Assembly (NCBI GenBank): GCA_011390475.1
Contig: JAABSG010000001.1
Span: forward strand, 1-48,425
Source of the DNA: Geminicoccaceae bacterium
GTDB taxonomy: Bacteria > Pseudomonadota > Alphaproteobacteria > Geminicoccales > Geminicoccaceae
Length of the DNA: 48,425 nucleotides
Direction: 5' to 3'
Program-made: the position numbers and the translations under genes
Shown here: positions 41,134 to 48,425 of the stretch, piece after piece
Layout of the letters: each line of letters begins with the position of its first letter
Numbering within the stretch: the stretch's first letter is position 1
The notes under the pieces: model-generated
What the model saw: only the letters and a program-made list of their open reading frames with translations
Told to the model about the DNA's origin: nothing
Database searches by the model: none

Positions 41134-41454
41134 GGCGGCGACTTTCTCTTTAACGGGTGACGATTGGGCGGCTGACGGTTGCATCTCGTGGCGGGCGGTG
41201 GCCTGTGGCAGCGGCCGGCCATGGGTGCCGGTGGCGAGGGATTCGAAGAACTCGACGGGCGAGAGGTCGATGCCCTCCCGCCTCGCGATGGCGAGCAGCT
41301 CTTCTTGGCGCTTGGCCGGGATGGCACCACGACGGACCCAGCCACTGACAGCGGTCTGCCAGATGCCCAAGAGCTCGGCGACGCGTTGCTGCGAGCCGAA
41401 CTTCTTGATGATGGTCTCGACTTTGTTCGGCTGCACGGCGGAGGTCTGCGGCAT
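41134..41454 (-). CDS. Cro/YdaS-like helix-turn-helix segment, in frame with ccr and lacking its own stop codon
   Basis: ATG at 41454: MPQTSAVQPNKVETIIKKFGSQQRVAELLGIWQTAVSGWVRRGAIPAKRQEELLAIARREGIDLSPVEFF. GC3-rich codon usage runs through ...ARHEM. The last 16 codons before the ccr ATG are GC3-poor. No stop codon separates this segment from ccr. Confidence 0.6.
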
Positions 41455-41524
41455 GGCATTTTGGTCCGTTGCTCTTGCCGGGCTCTCGAGGTGGGCCCGG
41501 TCGGCTCCCGGTGTTGAACATTTG

Positions 41525-41566
41525 CTGCGATGCAAGACAAGTGTTGGAGCGCTTGCTGCATCGCAG
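41525..41566. promoter_or_regulatory. inverted repeat in the ccr-ecm divergent spacer
   Basis: CTGCGATGCAAG-N15-CTTGC(TGC)ATCGCAG. The 12-bp arms are interrupted by a 3-nt insertion in the right arm. Confidence 0.3.
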
Positions 41567-41576
41567 TAGGCTGCTT

Positions 41577-41606
41577 TTGACAGCCATCGATGTCAACACC
41601 ATAAAT
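41577..41606 (+). promoter_or_regulatory. candidate ecm promoter overlapping a 20-bp near-palindrome
   Basis: TTGACA (41577-41582), 18-nt spacer, ATAAAT (41601-41606). TTGACAGCCATCGATGTCAA is palindromic at 8 of 10 pairs and places TTGACA on both strands. Confidence 0.4.
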
Positions 41607-41710
41607 GCTTTGACGGCGGCGCAGCAAGAATGTTAGCGCACGACGCACCGGATTGCGTGCCCTTTCGGCGGCTAGCAATGTGTTGAAGCAACAGAGAAGA
41701 GGTGTTGGAG

Positions 41711-43711
41711 ATGGTCATGAGTGGTGCTGCCAACACTTTACGTGATAAGCCCTGGCTGTTTCGGACCTATGCCGGGCACAGCTCGGCCGCGGCCTCGAAC
41801 ACGCTCTTTCGCACCAATCTGGAGCGCGGCCAGACCGGGCTTTCGGTGGCCTTCGATCTGCCGACGCAGACCGGCTACGACAGCGACCACGCTCTGGCTA
41901 AAGGCGAGGTCGGCAAGGTCGGGGTGCCCGTTACCTCGCTCGACGACATGGAAGTGCTGTTCCGGGACATCCCGTTGGAGCGCATGAACACCTCGATGAC
42001 AATCAACGCCACCGCGCCCTGGCTGCTGGCGCTCTATATTGCCGCGGCCGAGCGGCAGGGTGTGGATCGCAAGGTGCTGCAGGGCACGGTGCAGAACGAC
42101 ATCATCAAGGAGTATTTGAGCCGCGGCACGTACATCTTCCCCCCTGCCCCATCGCTCCGCCTGATCGCCGATGTGGTGGCCTTCACGTATAAAGAAGTGC
42201 CGAAGTGGAATCCGACCAACGTCTGCTCCTACCATCTGCAGGAGGCGGGTGCGACGCCGGTGCAGGAGCTGGCTTATGCGCTGGCCACGGCCATTGCCGT
42301 GCTCGATGCGATCAAGGCGGGCGGGCAGGTGCCGGACGAGGACTTTCCGACCGTGGTCGGGCGGATCAGCTTTTTCGTCAATGCCGGCATCAAGTTCGTG
42401 ACCGAGCTCGCCAAGATGCGGGCCTTCGTCGATCTCTGGGACGCCATCGCCCGTGACCGCTACGGGGTCGAGGACGAAAAGCTCCGGCGCTTTCGCTACG
42501 GCGTGCAGGTGAATTCGCTGGGCCTCACCGAGCAGCAGCCGGAGAACAACGTCTATCGCATTCTCTTGGAGACCCTGGCCGTCACGCTCTCGAAAAAGGC
42601 CCGCGCCCGGGCCGTGCAACTTCCCGCCTGGAACGAGGCCCTGGGGCTGCCGCGACCGTGGGATCAGCAATGGTCGTTGCGCTTGCAGCAGATCCTGGCG
42701 CTCGAGACGGACCTGCTCGAGTACGGCGACATCTTCGACGGCAGCCATGTCATGGATGCCAAGGTCGAGGCGTTGAAGGCTGAGGCTACGGCCGAGCTCG
42801 CGCGGATCGATGCGCTGGGCGGGGCCCTCGCCGCGGTCGACTCCGGCTACATGAAGAGCCGGCTTGTCGAGAGCAGTGCGCTGCGCGTGCAAGCGATCGC
42901 GTCCGGGGCGCAGAAGGTCGTGGGGGTCAATTGCTACACCGAGACCGCCCCCTCGCCGCTCACCACGGGCGAGGATGGCGGGTTCATGACGGTCGATCCC
43001 AAGGCGGAGGCGGAGCAGATCGAGCGGCTCCAGGCGCACCGGGCGCGGCGCGACGGGGCTGCGGCAGCAGCGGCCCTTGTCGAACTCGAGGCCGCGGCCA
43101 GGGAAAGCCGCAACGTCATGCCGGCCTCGATATCTTGCGCCCATGCCGGGGTCACCACGGGCGAATGGGCCGAGACGCTGCGCCGCGTGTTCGGCGAGTA
43201 TCGCGCCCCCACCGGCATTGCCGGAGCCGACACCAAGGGTGACGACGACGCTTTGGCGCCGGTGCGCGCCAAGGTCGATGCGCTGGCGGCGGCAACGGGC
43301 CGGCGGCTGAAGATCCTGGTCGGCAAGCCCGGGCTCGACGGGCATTCCAACGGGGCCGAGCAGATCGCGGTCGCGGCCAGGGATTCCGGCATGGAGGTGG
43401 TCTACGAGGGTATCCGGCTGTCACCGGCCCGGATCGTCGGCACGGCGCTCGAGGAGGCGGTGCACGTGGTCGGGCTCTCGATCCTCTCGGGCTCGCATCT
43501 GCCCTTGGTCAAGGAGGTGCTGGAGCGCATGCGCCAGACCGGCATCGGCGACATCCCGGTCGTCGTCGGCGGCATCATCCCGCCCGACGACAAACAGGCG
43601 CTCTTGGCCATGGGCGTCGCCCGCGTCTACACGCCCAAGGACTTCGCGATCGCTCGGATCATGGACGACATCGCGGACATCGTGACGGCGGCCGAGAGCA
43701 AGGCTGCTTAA
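41711..43711 (+). CDS. ecm: ethylmalonyl-CoA mutase (B12-dependent acyl-CoA mutase family, fused catalytic and B12-binding domains)
   Basis: About 666 aa. KPWLFRTYAGHSSA, GLSVAFDLPTQTGYDSDH, MTINATAPWLLALYIAAAERQG and the C-terminal B12 domain GKPGLDGHSNGAEQIA. Divergent from ccr, as with meaA/ecm in Rhodobacter. The start could be GTG 41702, ATG 41711 or ATG 41717. Confidence 0.88.
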   Translation: MVMSGAANTLRDKPWLFRTYAGHSSAAASNTLFRTNLERGQTGLSVAFDLPTQTGYDSDHALAKGEVGKVGVPVTSLDDMEVLFRDIPLERMNTSMTINATAPWLLALYIAAAERQGVDRKVLQGTVQNDIIKEYLSRGTYIFPPAPSLRLIADVVAFTYKEVPKWNPTNVCSYHLQEAGATPVQELAYALATAIAVLDAIKAGGQVPDEDFPTVVGRISFFVNAGIKFVTELAKMRAFVDLWDAIARDRYGVEDEKLRRFRYGVQVNSLGLTEQQPENNVYRILLETLAVTLSKKARARAVQLPAWNEALGLPRPWDQQWSLRLQQILALETDLLEYGDIFDGSHVMDAKVEALKAEATAELARIDALGGALAAVDSGYMKSRLVESSALRVQAIASGAQKVVGVNCYTETAPSPLTTGEDGGFMTVDPKAEAEQIERLQAHRARRDGAAAAAALVELEAAARESRNVMPASISCAHAGVTTGEWAETLRRVFGEYRAPTGIAGADTKGDDDALAPVRAKVDALAAATGRRLKILVGKPGLDGHSNGAEQIAVAARDSGMEVVYEGIRLSPARIVGTALEEAVHVVGLSILSGSHLPLVKEVLERMRQTGIGDIPVVVGGIIPPDDKQALLAMGVARVYTPKDFAIARIMDDIADIVTAAESKAA

Positions 43712-43720
43712 GGGAAGGAT

Positions 43721-43743
43721 GCGGGGGAAATGATTTCCCCCGC
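43721..43743 (+). terminator. perfect hairpin immediately after the ecm stop
   Basis: GCGGGGGAAA-tga-TTTCCCCCGC is a 10-bp stem, but no U-tract follows. Confidence 0.35.
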
Positions 43744-43780
43744 GCCCCCTCGAGACTTTGCGCCGGCGCCAAAAAAGACG

Positions 43781-43825
43781 TTGGGGTGTGGGGAAGAACA
43801 TCTTCTCCACTCTTAACTTATTGCC
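43781..43825 (+). terminator. repeat-family copy D: hairpin plus T-rich tail downstream of ecm
   Basis: GTGGGGAAGA-aca-TCTTCTCCAC (one mismatch) followed by TCTTAACTTATTGCC. Shares GTTGGGGTGTGGGGAAG, CATCTTCT and TTATTGSC with copy A at 38101. Confidence 0.45.
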
Positions 43826-43862
43826 AAACCGGCCGGTTCCGGCTTATCAGTGAGGGTGCGGG

Positions 43863-43937
43863 GCGGGCGTAGTTCAGAGGTAGAACGTCAGCTTCCCAAG
43901 CTGAATGTCGTGGGTTCGATTCCCATCGCCCGCTCCA
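43863..43937 (+). tRNA. tRNA-Gly (anticodon CCC)
   Basis: Cloverleaf: acceptor GCGGGCG/CGCCCGC, D arm GTTC-AGAGGTA-GAAC, anticodon arm TCAGC-TTCCCAA-GCTGA, T arm GTGGG-TTCGATT-CCCAT, discriminator T, and an encoded CCA. Confidence 0.93.
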
Positions 43938-43955
43938 GCGTCTCCGCTCTCCACA

Positions 43956-44972
43956 TCAGTAGTAAGTGCGTGCGTCGATCGGTGTTTCGTCGATGCGATG
44001 GGTGATCTCGGCCAGGAGCGCTTGTTCGGCGCGGTTGCAGCGGGCGGCCGGGTTGGCGACGACGTGAACGTCGATGGCCGGGGGGTCGTCGTAGGGCGGC
44101 AGGCGCCAGAGCTGACCGTCCTCGACGTCGCGGCGGACGACGTGAATTGGCAACGGGCCGATGCCGAGGCCGGCGATGATCAGCCGGCGGACTTCTTCGA
44201 GATGCGGTGAGGTGGCGACCACCCGGTCCTCGAGCCCGAGCGACGCGCGCAGGATGGCCACCGGGCGAAGCGCGTCGTGCATCTGGTCGGTGACGAAGGA
44301 GACCGAGGCCTCGCCGGCGAGGTCTCTGGCCTCGACGCCGGTACGGCCGAAGAACTCGTGGCCCGGGCCGCAGAAGAGGCCAAAAAACTCGCGGTAGAGT
44401 CTTCGGTAGTCGAGCTTCGGGCTCTTCTCGTGGACGAGGCAGACGGCAAAGCTGCTGCGCCGGGCCAGCACGCTCTCGATCGCATAGCGGCTGCTCATGA
44501 CGTCGATCGAGAGCGTCGCCTTGGGGTGGCGACTGTGGAAGGCGGCGAGGGCGGCATCGAAGAGCGGGCAGACGACGTGGCTCGCCATGGCGATCCGCAC
44601 ATGGCCCTGCACCTCCTCCTTGATCTCGCGCATGGCCGTGTCGAGGCGGAGGATGGCCCCTTGGATGTCGACTGCCTCACGGTAGAGCTCGTGGCCGGCT
44701 TCGGTCAGCGCGAAACGGCCGGGGCCGCGGTCGAGCAGGCGGCGGCCGAGCCGGGCTTCGAGGCGCTTGAGGGCATTCGAGACGGTCGGCTGCTTGAGCC
44801 GGAGCCGTTCGGCGGCGGCGGTGACGCTCTCGGCCTCGGCCAAGGCGATGAAGGTGCGGAGCAGGTTCCAGTCGAGCTCGCGGGCGAGCCGCTCGGCCCG
44901 GTCGGTGGGCGCGGGCTCGGGGCGTGGCACGGTGTCGAGGGCGGGCTCGGGCGGTCTGGCCATGGTCACCAT
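43956..44972 (-). CDS. LysR family transcriptional regulator
   Basis: 338 aa. HTH LDWNLLRTFIALAEAESVTAAAERLRLKQPTVSNALKRLEARLG followed by a LysR substrate-binding domain. Divergent from the ABC transporter operon. Confidence 0.9.
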   Translation of the reverse strand: MVTMARPPEPALDTVPRPEPAPTDRAERLARELDWNLLRTFIALAEAESVTAAAERLRLKQPTVSNALKRLEARLGRRLLDRGPGRFALTEAGHELYREAVDIQGAILRLDTAMREIKEEVQGHVRIAMASHVVCPLFDAALAAFHSRHPKATLSIDVMSSRYAIESVLARRSSFAVCLVHEKSPKLDYRRLYREFFGLFCGPGHEFFGRTGVEARDLAGEASVSFVTDQMHDALRPVAILRASLGLEDRVVATSPHLEEVRRLIIAGLGIGPLPIHVVRRDVEDGQLWRLPPYDDPPAIDVHVVANPAARCNRAEQALLAEITHRIDETPIDARTYY

Positions 44973-44999
44973 TCTTTCAGGCTATAACTGCCATTCCAA

Positions 45000-45014
45000 T
45001 CATCTATTTGATGA
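45000..45014. promoter_or_regulatory. small dyad in the LysR/ABC divergent spacer (possible LysR-type site)
   Basis: TCATC-TATTT-GATGA, with 5-bp arms. This is a weak, generic signal. Confidence 0.15.
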
Positions 45015-45066
45015 ATGCCCCGAGCACCGGCACAGTCGCCGCCATTGCAACAGCGAGGTGTTGCCC

Positions 45067-45933
45067 ATGTCGGTCGAGGCGCGCGAACGGCGACAGCCCT
45101 GGATTTTGCTGTCGCCGGCTCTGACCGCGATCACGCTGCTCCTGTTCATTCCGCTTTTGTTCATCGTGGTCTACTCGTTCTGGCTGAGGACGGCGGTGGG
45201 CGGTGTGGAGGTCACCTTCTCGACGCAGAACTGGCAGCAGGCGCTGACCGACCCGTTCTATCGCTACATCCTCTTCGCCACGCTCAGGATCGCCTTCGTC
45301 ACCACCATCTTCTGTGCGGTCTTGGGCTATCCGGCCGCCTATTTCATCGCCCGGGCCCGGGGCAACCGGACGATTTTGCTGCTCCTGCTAATGCTGCCGT
45401 TCTGGATCAGCTACATCATCCGGACGATGTCCTGGATCAACATCCTGGGCGTTTCGGGGGCCTTGAACACGGTCATGCTGTCGCTCGGCATCGTCGATGA
45501 ACCCGTGCAGATGCTCTACAACGAGGCCACGGTGATCCTCGGGCTGGTTCACTTCCTGCTGCCGTTCATGGTGTTGAACGTCTATGTCAGCGTCGAGGGG
45601 ATCGATCGCAGCCTCGAGGACGCCGCCTGCTCCCTCGGCGCCACGCGCTTTCAAGCGTTTCGCGAGGTGACCCTGCCGCTATCCTTGCCGGGACTCGCCG
45701 CTGGCGGGCTCTTGTGCTTCGTCCTCGCGGCCGGGACCTACATCACGCCCTTGATCCTGGGCGGACCCCGGGATGCGATGTTCGCCAATCTCGTCTTCGA
45801 GGCGATCATCACCCAGCTCAACTGGCCGATGGGCTCCGCCCTCTCACTCTTGCTGCTGCTCGTCTTGGGTGCCGTGGTCGCGGTCTACAATCACTTCATG
45901 GGCATGAGCCAGCTCTCCCGGGGGCTCGCCTGA
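45067..45933 (+). CDS. ABC transporter permease (PotB-like, spermidine/putrescine type)
   Basis: ATG at 45067 gives 288 aa with 6 TM segments and the EAA-type loop LEDAACSLGATRFQAFREVTLPLSLPG. Confidence 0.9.
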   Translation: MSVEARERRQPWILLSPALTAITLLLFIPLLFIVVYSFWLRTAVGGVEVTFSTQNWQQALTDPFYRYILFATLRIAFVTTIFCAVLGYPAAYFIARARGNRTILLLLLMLPFWISYIIRTMSWINILGVSGALNTVMLSLGIVDEPVQMLYNEATVILGLVHFLLPFMVLNVYVSVEGIDRSLEDAACSLGATRFQAFREVTLPLSLPGLAAGGLLCFVLAAGTYITPLILGGPRDAMFANLVFEAIITQLNWPMGSALSLLLLLVLGAVVAVYNHFMGMSQLSRGLA

Positions 45934-46736
45934 TGCGGCACTTCTTGCCCAGCGGCTGGAGCTTGATCAGGGCCTATGCGATCCTGGTCTACGTCTTCAT
46001 GTTCCTGCCGGTCGTCGTGGTCGTGCTCTTGAGCTTCAATGCCAGTCAGTTCGGTTCGTTTCCGATGACCGGGCTGTCGCTGCGCTGGTTCGAGGCGCTC
46101 TGGCAGAACGAGGCGGTGCTCCGGGCGTTCCGCACCTCGTTCCTCCTGGGCACGCTCACCGCCATCATCTCGACTACCTTGGGCGTGCTCGCCAGCCTCG
46201 CCATGGTTCGCTACCAAGTTCCGGGCCGCAACCTGATCGCGGTCGTCCTCATCGCGCCCATCCTCATTCCCGAGGTGGTGCTGGCGGTGGCGCTCCTGCT
46301 CTTCTTGCAGGTGCTGGGCATTCCCAAGAGCTTTTTCTTGCTGTTGATGGGCCACGTCATTTTCACCCTGCCCTTCGTCATCCTGGTGGTCCAGGCGCGG
46401 CTGGTCGGGATCCGCCGTGAGTACGAGGAGGCGGCGTTGAGCCTCGGGGCCTCGCCGCGGCAGACGTTTTTCGCCGTCACGCTGCCGCTTTTGGCACCGG
46501 CCATCTTCGCGGGTATGCTCTTTGCCTTCACCATCTCGTTCGACGACATCACCGGCACGCTTTTCTGGAAGCCGGGCGGGGTGGAAACGGTGCCGACCCA
46601 GATCTTCGCCATGCTGCGTCATTCGATCAGCCCGGAGATCAACGCCTTGGGCACGGTGATGATCGTGCTGACGGTCGGCGTGCCGCTCTTGGGTGCGGCC
46701 ATTGCCCGGCGCATGGCCATGAAGCGCGGCGGTTGA
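45933..46736 (+). CDS. ABC transporter permease (PotC-like)
   Basis: ATG at 45933, sharing 1 nt with the previous gene's TGA stop codon (TGATG), gives 267 aa with the EAA loop YEEAALSLGASPRQTFFAVTLPLLAP. Confidence 0.9.
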   Translation: MRHFLPSGWSLIRAYAILVYVFMFLPVVVVVLLSFNASQFGSFPMTGLSLRWFEALWQNEAVLRAFRTSFLLGTLTAIISTTLGVLASLAMVRYQVPGRNLIAVVLIAPILIPEVVLAVALLLFLQVLGIPKSFFLLLMGHVIFTLPFVILVVQARLVGIRREYEEAALSLGASPRQTFFAVTLPLLAPAIFAGMLFAFTISFDDITGTLFWKPGGVETVPTQIFAMLRHSISPEINALGTVMIVLTVGVPLLGAAIARRMAMKRGG

Positions 46737-46771
46737 GCCGCACGAATCGAAACAGGCAAGGGAGACGCCTA

Positions 46772-47914
46772 ATGGACACTACACGACGATACGAGAGACT
46801 TCGCGAGCGCTATTTGAACGGCGGGCTCGAGCGGCGGCAGTTCCTGGGCTTGATCGGGGCGGCTGGCCTCGCCTCGGGACTGCACACGCCCTTCGCACGG
46901 CTCGCCAGGGCGCAGGATGTGACCCAAGTGCGCTTCGATGGCTGGGGCGGCGTGGTCTCCGAGGCTTTTCGCCAGCATGCGTTCGACCCCTATACCGAGG
47001 CCACCGGGATCACCGTGGTCGACGGCACGTTCGGTGGCGCCGACGAATACCTCGCCAATGTCCGGGCCAGCCAACCCGGTGCGTTCAACATCGCCCACCT
47101 TTCCGGCGTCTTCGACTATGCGCGCTGGCACAATCTCGAGCTGACGACGGAGCTGAACGAAGACAACATCCCGAATATGGAGTTCCTGATCCCGAAGCTC
47201 GTGAACGTCTTTCGCGAGATCACGGACGGAACGCTGAGTGCGGTGCCCTACAATTACGGCACCACCGGGCTCGCCTACAACCGCGCCCATATCTCGGACG
47301 AGGAGATGCGCGAGAAGGGGGCCAGGATCCTGATCGACGATGCCTATGCCGGCAAGATCGGCGGCTGGGGCGAGTGGCGCACGCGGATCTGGATGGCGGC
47401 ATTGGCGACCGATCAGGACCCCAACGACATCCAGGACATGGAGGCCGTCTGGGACGCCATCCGCCAGCATCGTGATCTGGCGCTCAAATATTGGGGCTCC
47501 GGGGCCGAGCTGATGAGCCTGCTCGCCGAGGAGGAGATCTACGTCACCGAGGGCTGGTCCGGGCGGATCTATGCGCTGCAGGAGCAGGGTCACGACATCG
47601 GCTACTACGACCCGCCGAACGGTTTCGGCTGGCAGGAATGCCTCTTCGTGATCAAGGGCTCGCCCATGGAGGCGTGCGAGGAGCTCTTGAACTTCATGCT
47701 CGCACCCGAGACCTCGATCGCCGTTGCCGAGGGGCAGAACTACCCGCCGGCGCTCGATCCGCAGAAGGTCGATCTGGGCGAGAAGATCCCGACCCTGCCG
47801 GCCTTCGATCCGAGCGGCACGCTCGACGGCCTGACCTTCGCCCAGCCGGCCTATTGGAATGGCAACGAGCAGGAATGGTCGGAGACCTTCAGCCGCGTCC
47901 AGCGCGGCTTCTGA
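46772..47914 (+). CDS. ABC transporter substrate-binding protein (PotD/PotF-like) with Tat-type signal
   Basis: ATG at 46772 (GGGAG upstream) gives 380 aa. The twin-arginine motif RRQFLGLIGAAGLASG is followed by a periplasmic binding fold. An alternative TTG at 46733 is less likely. Confidence 0.85.
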   Translation: MDTTRRYERLRERYLNGGLERRQFLGLIGAAGLASGLHTPFARLARAQDVTQVRFDGWGGVVSEAFRQHAFDPYTEATGITVVDGTFGGADEYLANVRASQPGAFNIAHLSGVFDYARWHNLELTTELNEDNIPNMEFLIPKLVNVFREITDGTLSAVPYNYGTTGLAYNRAHISDEEMREKGARILIDDAYAGKIGGWGEWRTRIWMAALATDQDPNDIQDMEAVWDAIRQHRDLALKYWGSGAELMSLLAEEEIYVTEGWSGRIYALQEQGHDIGYYDPPNGFGWQECLFVIKGSPMEACEELLNFMLAPETSIAVAEGQNYPPALDPQKVDLGEKIPTLPAFDPSGTLDGLTFAQPAYWNGNEQEWSETFSRVQRGF

Positions 47915-47986
47915 GCCGGTTTCGCCAGCCCGGGCGCCTCGCTGTCGCGAGCGGGGCGCCCGTCTTTCCGACTGGAGCGCTGATCC

Positions 47987-48425
47987 TTGAGCACACCTGC
48001 TGTCGAGCTCGTCGATGTCGCCAAGTCGTTCGGCAGCTTCAAGGCTGTCGAGCCCATGTCGCTCAGCATCCCCGAGGGCGGTTTCGTCACGCTTCTCGGG
48101 CCATCCGGCTGCGGCAAGACGACGACGCTTCGGATGATCGCGGGGCTGCTCGATCCGACGGCGGGCGAGATCCGGATCAAGGGCCGGCTGATCAACGACG
48201 TGCCGATCCACAAGCGCAATCTCGGGCTCGTCTTTCAGAACTACGCGCTCTTTCCGCACAAGACGGTCTTCGACAATGTCGCTTTCGGGCTACGCTATCG
48301 CAGTGTCGCCAAGCCCGAGATCGAGCGGCGGGTGACGTCGGCGCTCGAACTCGTGCAGCTGCCGCAGATGGCCGAGCGCTACCCCAAGGAGCTCTCGGGC
48401 GGCCAGCAGCAGCGGGTCGCCCTGG
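47987..48425 (+). CDS. ABC transporter ATP-binding protein (PotA-like), 3'-truncated by the window edge
   Basis: TTG at 47987 is the first start after an in-frame TGA, with GGAG upstream. Walker A LLGPSGCGKTT, Q-loop LVFQNYALFPH and signature LSGGQQQRVAL. Not listed in the ORF track because it runs off the window. Confidence 0.9.
   Translation, partial: MSTPAVELVDVAKSFGSFKAVEPMSLSIPEGGFVTLLGPSGCGKTTTLRMIAGLLDPTAGEIRIKGRLINDVPIHKRNLGLVFQNYALFPHKTVFDNVAFGLRYRSVAKPEIERRVTSALELVQLPQMAERYPKELSGGQQQRVAL

Noticed and set aside
41607-41710. A cobalamin riboswitch in the leader of the B12-dependent ecm gene.
   Set aside because: The leader is only about 95 nt. I could not find a B12-box-like element or the multi-stem architecture. 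Only small generic hairpins are present.
43863-48425. A genomic island integrated at tRNA-Gly.
   Set aside because: I saw no integrase, recombinase or transposase gene and no direct repeat of the tRNA 3' end. The downstream genes (LysR plus a polyamine-type ABC importer) have ordinary GC content and codon usage.

Overview
High-GC (roughly 65-70%) chromosomal segment with alphaproteobacterial gene order, almost entirely core genes. Left to right: (1) minus-strand housekeeping block pdhA-ftsB-eno-kdsA-pyrG-secG-tpiA, then divergent ppiD. (2) An 889-aa membrane-anchored coiled-coil protein with no enzymatic domain. (3) A complete minus-strand dcw division and cell-wall cluster, rsmH-ftsL-ftsI-murE-murF-mraY-murD-ftsW-murG-murC-murB-ddl-ftsQ-ftsA-ftsZ-lpxC, with eight 4-nt ATGA stop/start overlaps and no intact mraZ. 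(4) The only AT-rich island in the window (about 31.26-31.60 kb), carrying candidate dcw promoters and two perfect DnaA boxes. (5) RNase P RNA (rnpB), then ampD-like amidase, asd, leuB and leuD. (6) A small accessory-looking stretch with a Kv-like channel, a GFA-family protein and a VOC-family protein. (7) An ethylmalonyl-CoA pathway cluster: mcd-ccr on the minus strand, divergent ecm. (8) tRNA-Gly(CCC), a LysR regulator and a polyamine-type ABC importer that is truncated at the right edge. I found no CRISPR array, transposase, integrase or recognisable defence system. The observations most worth following up: (a) a Cro/YdaS-like HTH ORF that runs in frame, with no stop codon, into crotonyl-CoA carboxylase/reductase; (b) an LpxC homolog at the canonical ftsZ-lpxC position that appears to have lost several catalytic or zinc-binding residues; (c) the large coiled-coil protein beside the division cluster; (d) the paired consensus DnaA boxes upstream of an mraZ-less dcw operon; (e) a short GGGAGGC/GCCTCCC hairpin repeat family confined to intergenic spacers between 35.7 and 43.8 kb. 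Most other long ORFs in the six-frame track are alternative-frame artefacts of high GC content.
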